64,000 bases of DNA from Candidatus Eiseniibacteriota bacterium (GCA_003235575.1 QJVW01000115.1:12290-76289); one strand, 5' to 3'. Shown: positions 44,746-57,478, counted from the stretch's first letter. Notes: generated by a model not told the origin, from the letters alone. Numbers and translations: made by a program.

Positions 44746-45006
44746 CGCGAAGCGACCCAGACCCCCCGCGTGGCCTCCGGCCCCCGACCCGATGCAACAC
44801 CCGGAGGCCACGCACCCCCCCTGTGGCAGTGAGGCCGGTCCCGAAAGGGATCGGCCTTCTGCTTGTAGCGACATCGCCCGTTGCCGAGCCGATTCGCTTG
44901 AGCGGGTTGCGGGTGCCGCGGGAACGGAATAATCCCCTTCTGGACGCGAACAGAAAATGCCACGGTCCCGAAGGGGATTATTCCGCGCCCGCGGCGGCGG
45001 CGCGAA

Positions 45007-45456
45007 TCAGCCGGCCGGTCGTTCGTAGAGCGCGTCCGGACATCGCTCCTCGTTCCTGGAACCGTCCCCCCAGGCAATGGCGCGAAAGCCGTGGCGCTCG
45101 TAGAACCGGCGCGCGGGTTGGTTCTCCTGAAACGTGTACAGGCGGATGGGCCGCCCGGCGGCGAGCGCGATTCCCCGTTCGAGGAGCAGCGTTCCCATGC
45201 CGTGTCGGGCATGCGCCGGATCGACGTAGAGCTGATCGATCCAAAAGAATTCGCCGTCGCCGGAATACGCCATCATGGCGACGACGGTTTCGCAGTGGAC
45301 AGCCACAAGGGTGCGATGCGTTGGCACGAGGCGATCACGAATCCACGAACGCACCGCCTCCTCGGAGTGAGCCAGGTGCACGAATGGCATGCCGATACGC
45401 CACGCACGAAGGTACAGGTCGGCGATCGCATCGCAGTCGGTGTGGACCGCGACGCG
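45007..45456 (-). CDS. GNAT family N-acetyltransferase (likely TTG start; the track ORF extends to 45591, overlapping guaB)
   Basis: VAVHTDCDAIADLYLRAW...VAMMAYSGDGEFFWIDQLYVDPAHARHGMGTLLLERGIALAAG...ARRFYERHGFRAI; the GNAT acetyl-CoA-binding motif A (Q/RxxGxG/A). Confidence 0.7.
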   Translation of the reverse strand, partial: RVAVHTDCDAIADLYLRAWRIGMPFVHLAHSEEAVRSWIRDRLVPTHRTLVAVHCETVVAMMAYSGDGEFFWIDQLYVDPAHARHGMGTLLLERGIALAAGRPIRLYTFQENQPARRFYERHGFRAIAWGDGSRNEERCPDALYERPAG

Positions 45457-45466
45457 CAATCGGACG

Positions 45467-47993
<2,527 letters not shown>

Positions 47994-48047
47994 TTTTTTT
48001 CCGCCCGTTTCCCGCCCCCGGTCGGGGCCGCGCCGCGTGGTACGCTC

Positions 48048-49145
48048 GTGGCAATCATGAACGTTCGCCCCAACCCCCGTGACGCCACCTTGGAGCGCCT
48101 GGCCGCCCGCGCCATCGCCGAGGGCGATCTCCTGCCCGACGGCGCCGCTCCTGTCGTGGTCGCCGTTTCGGGCGGCGCCGATTCCATGGCGCTGCTCCAT
48201 TTCCTGCTTTCGTGGGCGCGCGACCAGGGGGCCCCGCGGGCCGTCGTCGCGGCGCACGTGAACCACCGCCTGCGGGGTGGCGCCTCCGACGAGGATGCGT
48301 CGTTCGTGGCGGCGGAGGCATCGGCGTGGGGCGCCGAGGTGGAAATCGTGGACGCGGAGATCCCCGCGCCGGCCCGCGGGCGCGCCGCGATGGGCGCCGC
48401 CATCGAGGCCGAGGCGCGCCGGGCGCGCTATGCGGCGCTGGCCGCCGTCGCCGCCCGGCACGGCGCGGACCGGATCGTGGCCGCGCATACGGCGGACGAC
48501 CAGGCGGAGACGGTGCTGCTCCGGCTGATCCGGGGCGCGGGGCTCCGCGGCCTGGCCGGCATGGCGCCGATGGCGCGGGTCCAGGGCGTGCGCGTGGTTC
48601 GACCCTTCCTTGCGCTGACGCGACGCGACGTCCAGGAATACGCCGCCCGCCATCGAATTCCCTTCCGCGAGGACGCCACGAACGCCGGCACGGCGGCCGC
48701 GCGCAACTTCGTCCGGCATGAAATCCTTCCCCGCATCGAGGCGCGGCTCAATCCAGCCGCGCGTTCGGCGTTGGTCCGGGCGGCGGCCGCGATCCGTGAA
48801 ACGGACGCCTATCTGGAGCGCCGGGCGGCGCGCGCGTATGGGCGCGTCGTGGCGGGCCGGGAGCCGGGGAAGATCATTCTTGATGCCCCCCGCCTGCTCC
48901 ACTACCCTAAGCCCTTGCGGACTTATGTGTTCCGCTGCGCGGTGCGCGAGCTGACGGGGAACCTCCGCGATGTCTCTGCGGTACACCTCCGAGCGCTTCA
49001 TCAGCTGGCCGAATCCCGACGCGGCCGCGAGGCCGACCTCCCGGGAGCATTGCAAGCACGACGCGAACGAAACAGGCTGATTCTGAGCCGCGCGCGCCCG
49101 CGGAAGCACGAACCGGCGGCGCTTCGCGCGCCATCCAAGGCTTGA
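48048..49145 (+). CDS. tilS: tRNA(Ile)-lysidine synthetase
   Basis: The PP-loop VVVAVSGGADSMALLHFLL (SGGxDS) and the TilS N-type ATP pyrophosphatase domain. Confidence 0.9.
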   Translation: MAIMNVRPNPRDATLERLAARAIAEGDLLPDGAAPVVVAVSGGADSMALLHFLLSWARDQGAPRAVVAAHVNHRLRGGASDEDASFVAAEASAWGAEVEIVDAEIPAPARGRAAMGAAIEAEARRARYAALAAVAARHGADRIVAAHTADDQAETVLLRLIRGAGLRGLAGMAPMARVQGVRVVRPFLALTRRDVQEYAARHRIPFREDATNAGTAAARNFVRHEILPRIEARLNPAARSALVRAAAAIRETDAYLERRAARAYGRVVAGREPGKIILDAPRLLHYPKPLRTYVFRCAVRELTGNLRDVSAVHLRALHQLAESRRGREADLPGALQARRERNRLILSRARPRKHEPAALRAPSKA

Positions 49146-49187
49146 GAGCCCGCGGCTTTTGCCGATAACGAAAGGACCAGAAGGCCC

Positions 49188-51314
49188 GTGAACGAAGTCC
49201 CCAACCGAGAGACCGACGTGACCCAACGCACCGATCGTGGCGCACGACTGGAAGCCCGCAAGGCATCGGGCGGCGATCGCCCTTCGCGCCGCCGGCCCGC
49301 GCCCCCTCCGCCGAAGAACCAGCCGCCGCGAAAGCCGTCGCCGTTCGGCCCGGCGCGTCCGCTTCGGACCGCGCTGCTCTGGCTGATCCTCGTTCTCGCG
49401 GTGCTGGTGTTCGTCCAGGTCTACGGCGAGATCAAGTCGAAGGTCCACGAGATCCCCTACAGCGAGTTCCTCACGCAGGTGGACCAGGCGAACCTCAAAT
49501 CGGTCACGATCGTGGGCCGCGAGGTGGTCGGCGAGCTGAAGCAGAGCGCGCTGACGCACGTGGAGGGAAGGCCGGTTTCCTTCGTCTTCTTCAAGGTCTA
49601 CCTCCCCGCCGAAGACAAGGACCTCGGGCGCGCCATCCTCGCCAAGGATGCGGCCACGATGGTGAACTCGAAGCCCGAGGGGATGAACTGGTGGGGGATC
49701 TTGCTCTCGTACCTTCCCTTCATCGCGCTCCTGGTTCTCTGGATGGTGATGATCCGGCAGCTGCAGTCGGGCGGAGCGAACGCGATGAAGTTCGGCAAGA
49801 GCCGCCCCAAGATCGCGCTGGAATCGGCGCCGAAGGTGACGTTCAAGGACGTGGCGGGCGCCGACGAAGCGAAGTTCGAGCTCGAGGAGATCATCGAGTT
49901 CCTGCGCGAGCCGAAGAAGTTCCAGCGTCTGGGCGGACGCCTTCCGAAGGGCGTGCTGCTCCTGGGTCCCCCGGGCACGGGCAAGACCCTGCTGGCGAAG
50001 GCCGTGGCGGGCGAGGCGGGCGTGCCCTTCTACTCGCTGTCGGGCTCCGACTTCGTCGAGATGTTCGTCGGGGTCGGCGCCTCCCGCGTGCGCGACCTGT
50101 TCGACCAGGGAAAGCGGAACGCCCCCTGCATCATCTTCATCGATGAAATCGATGCCGTGGGTCGCCATCGCGGAGCGGGGCTCGGCGGCGGACACGACGA
50201 ACGCGAGCAGACCCTGAACCAGCTGCTGGTGGAAATGGACGGCTTCGAGACGAACGACGGCGTGATCCTGATCGCCGCCACCAACCGTCCCGACGTGCTC
50301 GATCCCGCGCTGCTGCGCCCGGGCCGGTTCGACCGGCAGGTCGTCGTGGATATTCCGGACGTCCGCGGACGCGAGGGGATCCTCCGCGTTCATTCGCGAA
50401 ACATCCCGCTGTCGGACGACGTCGAGCTGTCGGTCCTCGCCAAGGGCACCCCGGGCATGGTGGGCGCCGATCTGGCGAATCTGGTCAACGAAGCGGCCCT
50501 GCTGGCGGCGCGTCGCAACCACAAGAAGGTGTTCCTGGCGGACCTCGAGGACGCGAAGGACAAGGTCATGATGGGCGGCGAGCGCCGGAGCCTGGTGATC
50601 ACCGACGCGGAAAAGAAGGCGACGTCCTACCACGAGGCGGGCCACGCCCTGGTCGCCTATCTGCAGCCGGGGAGCGACAAGGTGCACAAGGTCACCATCA
50701 TCCCGCGCGGGCGCGCGCTTGGGCTCACGTCGTATCTGCCGCAGGAGGAACTGCATTCCTTCTCGCGCGACTACTGGCAGCGCGTTCTGGTGCACATGAT
50801 GGGCGGGCGCGCCGCCGAAGAGATCGTGCTGAACCAGGTCACCACGGGCGCCCAGGACGACATCCGGCGCGCCACGGTGATCGCGCGCCGGATGGTCTGC
50901 GAGTGGGGCATGAGCGAGAAGCTTGGCCCGCTCAATTTCGGCGGCAAGGATGAACTGGTGTTCCTCGGCCGTGAAATCTCACACAGCCGCGACTACAGCG
51001 AGAACACCGCGATCCTGATCGACGAGGAGGTTCGCGCGCTGGTGGAAGGCGCCGATAACCGCGCCAAGAAACTCCTGAGCGATAACGTCGACAAGCTTCA
51101 CGCGATCGCCCTCGCCCTCCTGGAGCGCGAGGTGCTCGACGGCGAGGAAATCGAGAAGCTGCTGCGCGGCGAAACGCTCGAGCCGCTCTCGCCGCGCGGG
51201 CACGGCGGCGACAACGATCCGAAGGCCGCCGCGGAGGCGACGCCGGCCTCGGACTCCGAGCGCGTGGCGCCGTCGCGCGTGACCCCGGCCACGGAGAGCC
51301 CCGGCATCGCCTGA
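49188..51314 (+). CDS. ftsH: ATP-dependent zinc metalloprotease FtsH
   Basis: TM segments; AAA Walker [19 protein letters not shown], Walker [11 protein letters not shown], the SRH; Zn-binding HEAGHAL. The N-terminal roughly 60 aa are basic and Pro-rich, so the true start may be internal. Confidence 0.95.
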   Translation: MNEVPNRETDVTQRTDRGARLEARKASGGDRPSRRRPAPPPPKNQPPRKPSPFGPARPLRTALLWLILVLAVLVFVQVYGEIKSKVHEIPYSEFLTQVDQANLKSVTIVGREVVGELKQSALTHVEGRPVSFVFFKVYLPAEDKDLGRAILAKDAATMVNSKPEGMNWWGILLSYLPFIALLVLWMVMIRQLQSGGANAMKFGKSRPKIALESAPKVTFKDVAGADEAKFELEEIIEFLREPKKFQRLGGRLPKGVLLLGPPGTGKTLLAKAVAGEAGVPFYSLSGSDFVEMFVGVGASRVRDLFDQGKRNAPCIIFIDEIDAVGRHRGAGLGGGHDEREQTLNQLLVEMDGFETNDGVILIAATNRPDVLDPALLRPGRFDRQVVVDIPDVRGREGILRVHSRNIPLSDDVELSVLAKGTPGMVGADLANLVNEAALLAARRNHKKVFLADLEDAKDKVMMGGERRSLVITDAEKKATSYHEAGHALVAYLQPGSDKVHKVTIIPRGRALGLTSYLPQEELHSFSRDYWQRVLVHMMGGRAAEEIVLNQVTTGAQDDIRRATVIARRMVCEWGMSEKLGPLNFGGKDELVFLGREISHSRDYSENTAILIDEEVRALVEGADNRAKKLLSDNVDKLHAIALALLEREVLDGEEIEKLLRGETLEPLSPRGHGGDNDPKAAAEATPASDSERVAPSRVTPATESPGIA

Positions 51315-51374
51315 GGCCGGAGGCATTCCCGGCCTCGCGGCGATCTTCGCCGAGCGCGGGAGGCCCGTTCCACG

Positions 51375-52238
51375 ATGATCTTCACCCACCGCCACGGATC
51401 GTGGGACTGGGAGCAGGACGAACGCGCCCGGCTGGTCGGCATTCTGAACGTCACACCCGATTCCTTCTACGACGGCGGACGCTGGAACGACCCCGATCGC
51501 GCGCTCGAGCACGCCCTTCGCCTGGCGGAGGAGGGCGCCGACGCCGTCGACGTGGGCGGGCAGAGCACGCGGCCGGGAGTCGGCGCGCCGGTCGGGCCGG
51601 AGGAGGAGTGGCGGCGGATCGGCCCCGTGCTCGAGCGTCTCGCGGACCGCCTGTCCGTTCCCGTATCCGTCGACACGTTCCACGCCGAGGTCGCCCGACG
51701 GGCGCTCGCGGCCGGGGCGGCGATCGTGAACGACGTGAGCGGGCTGACCGCCGATCCGGACATGCTCGCGGTCGTCGCGGCGTCCGATGCCGGGCTCGTC
51801 ATCATGCACGCGCTCGGGGCGCCGGGGGACCTGCACGCGCCCCGCGCCTACGGCGACGTCGGGGCGGAAGTCCGTGATTTCCTCGCCGCGCGCGCGGCCG
51901 AAGCGACGGCCGGCGGCATCGCCCCCGAACGAATCGCCCTGGACCCCGGCATCGGCTTCTCGAAGCGGGCGGAGCAGAGCCTGGACGCCCTGCGGGCGCT
52001 TCCGCGCTTGACCGAACTCGGCCGTCCCCTGTACATCGGAGTATCGCGAAAGTCGTTCCTGGCTCCGTTGACGAGCCGCCCCGCCGAAGCGCGGCTCGCG
52101 GCGAGCCTCGGCGCCACCGTGGCCGCGGTGACGCTGGGAGCCCGGATCGTGCGTACCCATGACGTCGCGGCCACGCGCGACGCGCTGCGCGCGGCCGCCG
52201 CGATTCTCCACCCCGAACGCGAGATGAGCCGATCATGA
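51375..52238 (+). CDS. folP: Dihydropteroate synthase
   Basis: LVGILNVTPDSFYDGGRW...VDVGGQSTRPG...; the pterin-binding DHPS fold. Confidence 0.9.
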   Translation: MIFTHRHGSWDWEQDERARLVGILNVTPDSFYDGGRWNDPDRALEHALRLAEEGADAVDVGGQSTRPGVGAPVGPEEEWRRIGPVLERLADRLSVPVSVDTFHAEVARRALAAGAAIVNDVSGLTADPDMLAVVAASDAGLVIMHALGAPGDLHAPRAYGDVGAEVRDFLAARAAEATAGGIAPERIALDPGIGFSKRAEQSLDALRALPRLTELGRPLYIGVSRKSFLAPLTSRPAEARLAASLGATVAAVTLGARIVRTHDVAATRDALRAAAAILHPEREMSRS

Positions 52239-53029
52239 TCGACGTCAGACCACAGCTCCTGCTCGACGTCCTCGACGTGCTGATCGTCGCGTTCCTCTTC
52301 TACCGGCTCTTCGCGATGATCAAGGGCACGCGCGCGTCCCAGATGTTCGTCGGCCTCGTGGTGATCGTGTTCGCCTCGATCGTCGCGCAATGGTTCCGCC
52401 TCAGCGCGCTCAACTGGATCATCGCCAGCCTCAAGACCGTGTGGGTGATTCTGTTCGTCATCCTCTTCCAGCCGGAACTCCGCGCGCTCCTGACGCACAT
52501 CGGACAGAATCGGCTGGTCCGCGCCCTCATCCGCGTCGAGGAGTACGGCGTGGTGAGCGAGGTCATCAAGGCGGTGGAGGAGATGAGCAAGGATCGGCGC
52601 GGCGCCCTGATCGTCTTCGAGCGGGACATGGGCCTGCGCAACTACGTGGAAACCGGAACCCGGCTGGAGGCGACGGTCTCCGCCGAGCTGCTGGAAACCG
52701 TCTTCACGCCGCATTCCCCGCTCCACGACGGCGCCGCGGTCATCCGCGGCGACGAATTGGTCGCGGCGGGGTGCATTCTCCCGTTGAGCCCGACCGAGGG
52801 GCTGTCCCCGCTTCTGGGGACCCGCCATCGGGCGGCGCTGGGACTGGCGGAGGAAACCGACGCGGCGGTGCTGGTCGTGTCGGAGGAAACGGGCGCCATC
52901 TCCATCGCGCATCGCGGCGAGTTGAAGTGGAACCTGGACGAGGGACAGCTTCGCAGCGAACTGGCCGCGATCTTCAATCCGCGCCCCGAGGATGGGCGGG
53001 AAACCGGCGAGGAATCGCAGCCCGCCTAG
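52235..53029 (+). CDS. cdaA: Diadenylate cyclase CdaA (c-di-AMP synthase; three N-terminal TM helices plus DAC domain)
   Basis: N-terminal TM helices. DAC domain: PLHDGAAVIRGDELVAAGCILPLS...GTRHRAALGLAEETDAAVLVVSEETGAISIAHRGEL. The ATG overlaps the folP stop. Typical ftsH-folP-cdaA neighbourhood. Confidence 0.85.
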   Translation: MIDVRPQLLLDVLDVLIVAFLFYRLFAMIKGTRASQMFVGLVVIVFASIVAQWFRLSALNWIIASLKTVWVILFVILFQPELRALLTHIGQNRLVRALIRVEEYGVVSEVIKAVEEMSKDRRGALIVFERDMGLRNYVETGTRLEATVSAELLETVFTPHSPLHDGAAVIRGDELVAAGCILPLSPTEGLSPLLGTRHRAALGLAEETDAAVLVVSEETGAISIAHRGELKWNLDEGQLRSELAAIFNPRPEDGRETGEESQPA

Positions 53030-53979
53030 GGAAGCTCGCGGCGGGCCGAAGCCGGCGGCCCCATTCTTCCGCGCACGTACCCGCCCAGATACGCCGCGTC
53101 ATAGACGACCTTCAGGAACGGCACCAGGAGAAGCGCCTCGAGCGGGGCGATTCTGCCGAGCCCCCGCCGTCCCTGCTGGATCACGAAGAGCGCGACGCCC
53201 AGGGCCAGCGCCCACCACGCCGGACGGAACAGAAATCCCGCGAGAAGCAGCGCGATCGCCGCTCCGTACTTGATCGCGATCGTTCCGTAGAACCACGCCT
53301 GCACGCGCGACTCGCCGTCCCCGAACCCGAACCGCCGGTGCTGCCGGTAGAAGGTTTCCAGGTTGCCGCGCGGACTCCAGCCCACGACCGCGTCGGACGC
53401 GAAAGCGAACCGACATCCCGCCGCCTTGAGCGCCAGCGCAAAGGGCGTGTCCTCGTTGTGGGCCAGCGTCTCGTCGAAGCCGCCCGCCTTCTCCCACGCC
53501 GCCCGGCGGAACGCGATCGATCGCGTGGACGGAAGGAATCGCTCCGGGTTCACCTCCTCGAGCGCGGGGGCGGAGACCACGCCCGCCGCCCGCTCGAACG
53601 GGGTGTGGGCGATGGGTCGGTAGAAACCGGCGACGACATCGATGGCGGCATCCTCCTCGAGCGGGTGGAGGATTCGCTCCAGCCATGTCGGCTCCACTTG
53701 GACGCCAGCGTCCGTGCAGGCGATCACGTCGTGGCGCGCCGCGTCGATGGCGGCGTTCCGCCCCACGGAGCGGTTTCCGGGGGTGAGGAGGACGCGGAGT
53801 CTCGGCTCGACGCGCGCGCGCGCCCGCAGTCGCTCGACGGTGTCGTCGGTGGAGCCTCCGTCCGCGATCACCAGCTCGTCGGGCGCGCGGCTCCCCTGAA
53901 ACAGCGAATCGAGGAGCGCATCGACGCTCCCCGACTCGTTGCGTACGGTGATGATGACGGTGGCGGGTTCGCGACCCAC
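53026..53979 (-). CDS. Family 2 glycosyltransferase with C-terminal TM helices
   Basis: VIITVRNESGSVDALLDSL...ELVIADGGSTDDT...DxD-like DAG. The GT-A fold. Confidence 0.8.
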   Translation of the reverse strand: MGREPATVIITVRNESGSVDALLDSLFQGSRAPDELVIADGGSTDDTVERLRARARVEPRLRVLLTPGNRSVGRNAAIDAARHDVIACTDAGVQVEPTWLERILHPLEEDAAIDVVAGFYRPIAHTPFERAAGVVSAPALEEVNPERFLPSTRSIAFRRAAWEKAGGFDETLAHNEDTPFALALKAAGCRFAFASDAVVGWSPRGNLETFYRQHRRFGFGDGESRVQAWFYGTIAIKYGAAIALLLAGFLFRPAWWALALGVALFVIQQGRRGLGRIAPLEALLLVPFLKVVYDAAYLGGYVRGRMGPPASARRELP

Positions 53980-53998
53980 GAACGTCGCGTGTCCCGGT

Positions 53999-56758
53999 CT
54001 ACCAGCCGCCCGGCCGCGTTTCGCACACGGCGTACGGGCGCTTCCCCGACGTGGGGAATTGGAAGTAACGGAACGCCGCCTGCTGGATGTCGTCGGGGGT
54101 CACGGCGAGGAGTCTCGCGGGAAACGCGGCCACGTAGCCCTCCGGAAGCCCGTAGATCTCCGCGCGCACGTTCTGGAAGGCGCGCCCGGCGCTCGTCGCG
54201 AGGCTCATCTGATACGTCCCGATCGCGTGTTGGCGCGCGTTCTCGTAGTCCTTGGCGTAGAGGTCGATGAGACGGATGCCCGCGGTGGAGCGGAACTGGC
54301 CGAACAGCATCTTCACCGCCTGTTCCTCCTGCAGCGGCCCGTCGACCGAAATGGTCGCGATGATGGTCGTCTCGTCCGCCGCGTGGAACACCTCGGACTT
54401 CGTGTCGACGACGGCAAGACTCTTCTCGCGGACGAAGGTCCTCAGCCAGCCGCGGGGATTCGCATAGAGGGAGTTGATGACGTAGAGCACCGGAACATCC
54501 GCGCTGGTCACCGTCGGTCCGTTGAACGCGAGCGACACGGTGCACTCCTTGCCCTCGCCCAGCTCCCACTCCTCGCGGAATCCATCGAACGGTCCTTCCT
54601 TCGGCACCGGCCCCGGCTCGAAGGGACCGTCGCGGACGTCGCCGAACGCGGCCGCCACGGCGGGAGCGACCTCGCCCGCGTCCACATCTCCGAACACCGC
54701 GACCACGACATTCGGCTTCACGACGAAGGTGTCGTAGAACCGCTGGACCTCGGCGAGCGGCATCGTCGCGAGGGGGACACGCGAACCGAGAAGCGGAAGT
54801 CGGTACCCGCTCACCTTGTACTTCGTTTCGAAGATCAGATGCTGACGCCGCGCCGCGTCATCCGCGAACCATCGGGATTGTTCGTCGAGCGCCAGCAGTC
54901 GCGTCGCGTCCACCGTCACCGAGTCGAGGTCGGGGTGGGCCAGCATGGCGCCCAGCCGCGTGAGCGCGTCCTTCCATCGCTCCGACGGCACCGTCAAGGA
55001 CAGCCCCCACATATCGCGATCCTGGTACGGGAGGAGGCGCCCCAGTTCGGGAAGGGAGAACCGGTATGCCCGGCCGCCGGCCTTCGGATCGGAGGAGGTC
55101 AGAAGCGTCTCCCGCAACAGCCGCGTGATCCCGTTGTTCTTGTCCGTCTCGTACCGAACGCTTCCTTCCAGGAATACCGTGATGGTCGCCAGCGCGGGCC
55201 CGTGATCCTCGCTCGCGAGGACGCGGATCCCGCCGTCGACCGTGGAGCGGGTCACGAAGCCGCGGCCCGCGTCACGAGCCTCCTCCGGCACCGACTCGAG
55301 AGGCTTGTCCACGCGACGGCTGCGTTCCTTGTCGTCGCTCACGGTCGCGAACGGACCCTTGCCTTGGTACGGGGCGTTGGCCAGGGTAAGGCTCTCGAGC
55401 ACCCGCGACTCCAGGCCCTCGAACAGACCAAGGCTGTCGACGACGTCCTTGGGGGCCATGGCTACGACAACGGCCTCCTTCGGATCCAGATACTTGCGCG
55501 CCACGGCGACGAGATCCTCGGGGCGGAGCGCGCGAAGCCGTTCGGCGTAGACCTCGTCGCCGCCGACCGTCCCCTGCATCGCCGCGATGGCCGTCACGCG
55601 CCCGACACCGGCGAAGTCCGTCTGCGCCACGAAGTCGCGCGCCAGGATCGCCTCGATCGTGCTGCGGAATTCCTCGGTGTCGATGGGCGTGAAGCGTGCG
55701 CGCGCGACCTCCGAGAAGAGGACCGACTCCGCCTCATGGATGTCCTCGGGCCGAACGATGATGGAGAACATGACGCTCCCACCGTCGGGCTCGAAGGAGC
55801 GCTGCGCCGAGGCGCCCAGGAAGGGACCCTCGCCGAGGCGCTGCTGAAGGCGCGCTTCGCCGTAGTCCGCCATCAACGCGACCAGGGCGTCGAGCGCCAG
55901 CGCGTCCGCGGTGCCCCACGCGGGAGCGCGAAAACCGATCGTCAGCGCGGCGGCGCCACCGGCGCCCGAAGGATTCATCGCCGCGACCACCTTGGGGCCG
56001 TCCAGCGAACGCTCCTTCACGCGGCGCTGGCGGGGCGGCTTCTTGTTCGGTAGCGGCGCAAACGCCTTCGTGACGATCCGCTCGACGTTCTCGGGATCCA
56101 CGTCCCCCACGACGACGATCATGACGTTCCCGCCGACGAACCACGTTTCGTGGAAGCGCGAGATCAGCGGGGCAGTGAGCGCGGCGATCTCCTGCTCGGG
56201 AACCGTGCGGGGCGAGCCAAGCGCCGTGCCGGGATGGAGCGCGGCCAAGAGCGGGTTGGCGGAAGCCAGCACGGCGTGGCCAAGGTTGTTGCGGGACGTC
56301 GTGCGCGCCGCCGCCTTCGCGTTCTCCACCGCTTCGGAATCGAAGTTCGGACGCGCGATCGCCTCGCCGAGGGCCGTGGCCACCGCTTCGAACTCGTCCG
56401 CGGGGGCGTCGATCTCGAAGAGAATGTGGCCCGTGGCCGCCTCGCCCCAGTACCGCCCGCCGATCAACTGGATCGACTCGTCGAACTCGACCTTCGAGCG
56501 GGTGGCGGTCCCCTCCCAGGGAAGCTGCGCCAGGACCGACGCCGCGCCGCGCTCGGGACGCGTCTCGTCGCGGGTTCCTGCCTGGACCCAGACTTGAAGC
56601 GAAACGACCGGCCGCGTCCGGTTCTCGCGGACGATCAGCGTGGTCTTGTTGGGAAGCGTGCGAACGAGGTGAGGGGCGGCCCCGGCAAAGGAGGCGCCCG
56701 CGAGCAGGACGATCGTGACCGCGAGCGACGCGGCGTATCGACGAATCGGGTGGCGCAT
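53999..56758 (-). CDS. Secreted peptidase M16 (pitrilysin/insulinase) family protein, two tandem M16 units, apparently lacking the HxxEH zinc motif
   Basis: Signal peptide MRHPIRRYAASLAVTIVLLAGASFAGAA. Two repeats of the M16 N- and C-domain architecture. The position normally holding HxxEH reads GAASVLAQLPWEGT in unit 1 and GITRLLRETLLTS in unit 2. Confidence 0.75.
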   Translation of the reverse strand: MRHPIRRYAASLAVTIVLLAGASFAGAAPHLVRTLPNKTTLIVRENRTRPVVSLQVWVQAGTRDETRPERGAASVLAQLPWEGTATRSKVEFDESIQLIGGRYWGEAATGHILFEIDAPADEFEAVATALGEAIARPNFDSEAVENAKAAARTTSRNNLGHAVLASANPLLAALHPGTALGSPRTVPEQEIAALTAPLISRFHETWFVGGNVMIVVVGDVDPENVERIVTKAFAPLPNKKPPRQRRVKERSLDGPKVVAAMNPSGAGGAAALTIGFRAPAWGTADALALDALVALMADYGEARLQQRLGEGPFLGASAQRSFEPDGGSVMFSIIVRPEDIHEAESVLFSEVARARFTPIDTEEFRSTIEAILARDFVAQTDFAGVGRVTAIAAMQGTVGGDEVYAERLRALRPEDLVAVARKYLDPKEAVVVAMAPKDVVDSLGLFEGLESRVLESLTLANAPYQGKGPFATVSDDKERSRRVDKPLESVPEEARDAGRGFVTRSTVDGGIRVLASEDHGPALATITVFLEGSVRYETDKNNGITRLLRETLLTSSDPKAGGRAYRFSLPELGRLLPYQDRDMWGLSLTVPSERWKDALTRLGAMLAHPDLDSVTVDATRLLALDEQSRWFADDAARRQHLIFETKYKVSGYRLPLLGSRVPLATMPLAEVQRFYDTFVVKPNVVVAVFGDVDAGEVAPAVAAAFGDVRDGPFEPGPVPKEGPFDGFREEWELGEGKECTVSLAFNGPTVTSADVPVLYVINSLYANPRGWLRTFVREKSLAVVDTKSEVFHAADETTIIATISVDGPLQEEQAVKMLFGQFRSTAGIRLIDLYAKDYENARQHAIGTYQMSLATSAGRAFQNVRAEIYGLPEGYVAAFPARLLAVTPDDIQQAAFRYFQFPTSGKRPYAVCETRPGGW

Positions 56759-56886
56759 GGATTCAATTCCTCCGGACGTTTCCGCGAAATCGCGGACCTA
56801 TCGAGCCTACCGCATTCCGGGCGAAAACGCGAACCCCGGCGGGGATGCCGCCGGGGTTCCAGGACCGCGAGCGTCGCGGTGCGCCG

Positions 56887-57096
56887 CTAGGAGGCGATCT
56901 TGACGACGTTCGCGGCTTCGCGCGCGCGCCTGCCGATCACCGGTTCGAATTCGACGATTTCACCTTCGTGCAGCGTCCGAAATCCGTCGGACTGAATCGC
57001 CGAGTGGTGGACGAAATACTCCTCGCCGGAATCCATCTGGATAAAGCCGTATCCCTTGGCTTCGCTGAACCACTTCACCGAACCGCGATTCTTCAA
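56887..57096 (-). CDS. Cold-shock protein (CspA family), TTG start preceded by an AAAGGAGG Shine-Dalgarno
   Basis: MKNRGSVKWFSEAKGYGFIQMDSGEEYFVHHSAIQSDGFRTLHEGEIVEFE (RNP1-like KGYGFI, RNP2-like VFVHH). The track ORF to 57396 is an overextension. Confidence 0.88.
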   Translation of the reverse strand: MKNRGSVKWFSEAKGYGFIQMDSGEEYFVHHSAIQSDGFRTLHEGEIVEFEPVIGRRAREAANVVKIAS

Positions 57097-57166
57097 CGGT
57101 GTGAATCCTCCTTTCGGTTCGAAGGGCCCGATGGCGCTGAGAGGCGTGGAGGGGGGTCTTGCCTGA

Positions 57167-57478
57167 CTACCCCCGGGTACTCTTCGAGGATTGGAAACAG
57201 TCGCGACAGTAGACCGGCTTCCCGGGTGTAGGCCGGAAAGGAACCTGCGTCGTCGTGCCGCAGGACGAACAGACCGCCTCGTGAAACTCGCGCGGGCCGC
57301 CGCCCATCGATCCGCCCCCGCCCGTGCCGGCCGACATCTTCTTGGCGTCCCGGCAACGCCGGCACCGCGTCGGCTCGTGTTGGAAGCCGCGCTCACGGTA
57401 AAAGGCCTGTTCCCCCGCCGTGAACACGAATTCCTCGCCGCAATCGCGGCATTTGATTACCTTGTCCACATCAGACAT
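57167..57478 (-). CDS. Small zinc-ribbon protein (two CxxC...CxxC ribbons; zf-trcl-like 'probable zinc-ribbon' family)
   Basis: KCRDCGEEFVFTAGEQAFYRERGFQHEPTRCRRCR and CSSCGTTTQVPFRPTPGKPVYCRDCF, separated by a Gly-rich linker. It lies immediately upstream of csp on the same strand. Confidence 0.7.
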   Translation of the reverse strand: MSDVDKVIKCRDCGEEFVFTAGEQAFYRERGFQHEPTRCRRCRDAKKMSAGTGGGGSMGGGPREFHEAVCSSCGTTTQVPFRPTPGKPVYCRDCFQSSKSTRG

